A stretch of DNA of 64,000 bases from Anaeramoeba ignava BMAN (taxonomy: Eukaryota > Protista > Anaeramoebae). The notes under the pieces are model-generated. The model worked only from the letters and a program-made list of their open reading frames with translations, was not told the origin of the DNA and did no database searches. Of the stretch, positions 61,627 through 64,000 are shown piece by piece. Both the position numbers and the translations under genes were made by a program. Each line of letters starts with the position of its first letter. Position 1 is the stretch's first letter. The stretch lies in contig JAPDFW010000119.1 in assembly GCA_028826165.1 (NCBI GenBank), forward strand, positions 105,526-169,525, read 5' to 3'.

Positions 61627-64000
61627 TTAGAAAATGGTGATTTTTTTTGGAATAGGATCTCCAATTTGATCTGATTTTTCGAGAATTTGAGAAAAAAGAG
61701 AATGTTGATGAAGAGGATTGTTTAATTCATCTGCTAATGCAACTTTGTTTTGAGAAATAAATCGATGAAGTATTGCAAGAGAAACATCTCGAACATTTTG
61801 AGGAATTTCATGTCTCATTTCAATGTTTTCCAACAAATTAAACTTTTCAACATCAGAAAGAATACATCCAAAGAACTTGAAATTTTTGTTAAAAAAAAAA
61901 TAAATTTAATTAAAAATAATGAATAAAAAATAAATAATAATAATAAAGAAAAATTAAATTAGATTACTTTGTGAAAATTTTTATTATTTTTAATAAAATC
62001 AGTGGAATTGATCAACGATTCTTCTTTAAAAGATGATCCATTTAAAGAATTTTGAATGAATTTTGAAACGAGTGTTAAGATTTTCCTTTTTGTATCTTGA
62101 ATTTGTGAGTCGTGTTCTGTTTCTAGTAAAATTCCAAAACTTGAATGAGCTAGAATTGCCGGACAGAAAAATCTCAAAAATAAAAATCCACCCATCGCAA
62201 AATATCCACTATTTCCATTAAATTTAGAATTGCAAGACTTGTTCAACAAATAACAAATATACTTAAATTGATTAGGCATTTCTCCAATTCCAAAAATTTT
62301 AGTCAAAAACTCCTGTGCAAGTGACTCAATTTTGGATATATTTTCGGATAGAGTTGATTGAGCAACCAAATCAACTTGGAGATCGAAATTGTCTTCCAAA
62401 TTATCATCCAAATTATCATCCAAATTATCATCCAAATTATCATCCAAATTATCTTTCAACTTATTGGGATTTCTAGATTCCAAAATTAGTTTTTTATCTA
62501 ATATAATGTTGTCATATTTTTCCGAGGTGTAAACTTCAAAGATTTTATCAGCTAATACGCTATACAAATAAGGTAATCCAATGATTTTTGCATAAAAGCT
62601 CAATATTTTGCTTGATGGACTGTTTAAACGGAATAAAGTAGATTCTTGTTCAGTTTTTTCAACTTCATCTTTTATTAATTCCTCAATTAGCTTCTTGAAC
62701 AAATTATTATGAACAGCTAAATAAGTAACAGCTCTACAAACAGAATCCATATCATATACTTTGACAACTTTCAACATCCCACTAATAAATCTTAAACTAT
62801 CTGCTGTAGTAAAAATCAATTCTTCAAGATCTCGAATCGATTCCATTTTCTTGGCATTTTCACCTTTAAATTGCAAATTATACAATTTCTCTCCATAAAC
62901 GTAAGGCCCAAAATCATCAGGAGGAGGTGGTGCTTTTACTTCGTTTTTCTTTTCTTCTCACAACCAAAACCACCAAAACAACAATCAAAAACCAATCCAA
63001 ATCCTCCAACACTTGCTCCAACAGCAATAGGAATCGTGTTGTTTACATTGTTGCTTGTTGTTTGTTGCGGAACAGAAATCTCATACTTCACCAAATAGAA
63101 ATCTTCTGGCTTCTCTGTATTCGTCAAATTCACAACCAAATAATCAGTCTGCGCTCCTTCATTCCCTTCATTCGTTATGATCGTGAAGTTTGCTAATTGC
63201 TCATCAATTTCCTTCTTGCTTCCGTTCAACACCTTGTTTTGCGTCTCGTTGAAACTTGATGATTTCATCTCAAATACTGTTAATGAAAGTCTTATTACAA
63301 GTTCTGTTTCGTCAGGATCAAAAATATCAAACGAAATCATGAATTGGTTTCCTTGATAAATGAATTCTTTGTTGTTGTTTTTGTTTTCACAATCATCATA
63401 GCAAATTGCTTGAATTGTTGATTGATGATAAGTTTTTGTAATATCAAAAACAATTGTGAAGTTTTTAACTGCTTCTCCATTCTTCATCATAAAACTCAAT
63501 TCCAATGGATAAAAATAGTAAAGTGGTGCTCTGATATAAACCAACAAAGGATTCGCTTCATTGATTGATGTTCCATCTCCTTTTGTGATTACATCCCCAA
63601 TAGAAATATCACTGTTGTTTACTCGAATACTTGAATTTGAAATGTTCTCTCCAATCCATACAATTTCCCAAATAGAACTTAAATTTCCTGAAAATAAATC
63701 TGTAAATGTGAGATTGATTGGTGAATAATAATCTTCAGTTATGTTTCCTTCTCCTTTATTCATTTCAAGATTAGATGAATCAAGTTTCAATGTGATTTGA
63801 TTTGTTCTTGAATATCCACTATCTGATCCCTAACTTAGATTAAAAGAAATATCTGGAGAAATTATCTGTTTTGAGATATGTCATAGCCATAATCAAATGC
63901 CAAGATTTCCTGAATTTGACAGAAAAGAAAACTATTAGATAAATCCATTTGGCCCAAACAAGTTTTCCATTGCATAGTTGCCCTTAGGTAGTAGTAGGAA
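61627..64000 (-). CDS. Type-I membrane protein with cytoplasmic RasGAP domain; 5' end outside the window; several frameshifts
   Basis: Arginine finger STLFRLNS and GGFLFLRFFCPAI signature. Upstream beta-rich ectodomain with N-glycosylation sequons. TM IPIAVGASVGGFGLVLIVVLVVLVVRRK appears after correcting a T-run indel. One intron at ~61876-61967. Confidence 0.78.

Noticed and set aside
62390-62460. (DDNL)n repeat inside the RasGAP
   Set aside because: Short in-frame 12-bp slippage repeat in a variable loop; ordinary for this genome.
10780-63000. Frameshifts at ~10793, 17230, 27563, 40230, 53000, 62935 and 62990 as programmed frameshifting, phase variation or pseudogenes
   Set aside because: All are single-base indels in homopolymer or purine runs with intact coding sequence on both sides, typical of long-read errors. 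Short-read polishing is needed before any biological claim.
1-64000. PSI genes and TM-RasGAP as a functionally linked split plexin
   Set aside because: They are over 50 kb apart, no Sema or IPT domain is seen, and the GAP is the contiguous conventional type; nothing in the sequence links them.
1-64000. tRNA, rRNA, transposase or reverse transcriptase genes, or an alternative genetic code
   Set aside because: None recognised by eye; conserved genes translate with the standard code and end in TAA or TGA.

Overview
Very AT-rich eukaryotic nuclear DNA with GT-AG introns, many of them filled with simple repeats. Most short ORFs in the track (poly-IL/NF/KI/YI) are microsatellite artefacts. The intein content, BTB-adaptor expansion, Mia40 and Inr-like motifs suggest an anaerobic protist such as Anaeramoeba (Metamonada); this is inference only. 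From left to right: (1) five tandem 5-exon genes for small PSI-domain single-pass membrane proteins (PTTG1IP-like), missed by the ORF track; (2) an ankyrin-BTB-BTB gene with ~25 repeats; (3) a large protein with a CH-like N-terminus; (4) a ~144-bp satellite; (5) a 7-exon organellar Lon protease with a 352-aa intein in Walker A, carrying a degenerate LAGLIDADG endonuclease and an AP2-like insert; (6) a divergent ribosomal P0; (7) five RCC1-BTB-BTB paralogs spread over 26.9-61.4 kb, three ending in CaaX, plus a remnant; (8) a divergent actin, a PX-BAR sorting nexin, GOSR1, ARV1, an FHA kinase and CYFIP; (9) an unknown basic protein; (10) a ~152-bp satellite; (11) a minimal Mia40; (12) a partial transmembrane RasGAP. 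Best leads are the Lon intein and a diversifying family of variable-sensor, constant-BTB adaptors. Several single-base frameshifts fall in homopolymers and are probably assembly errors.
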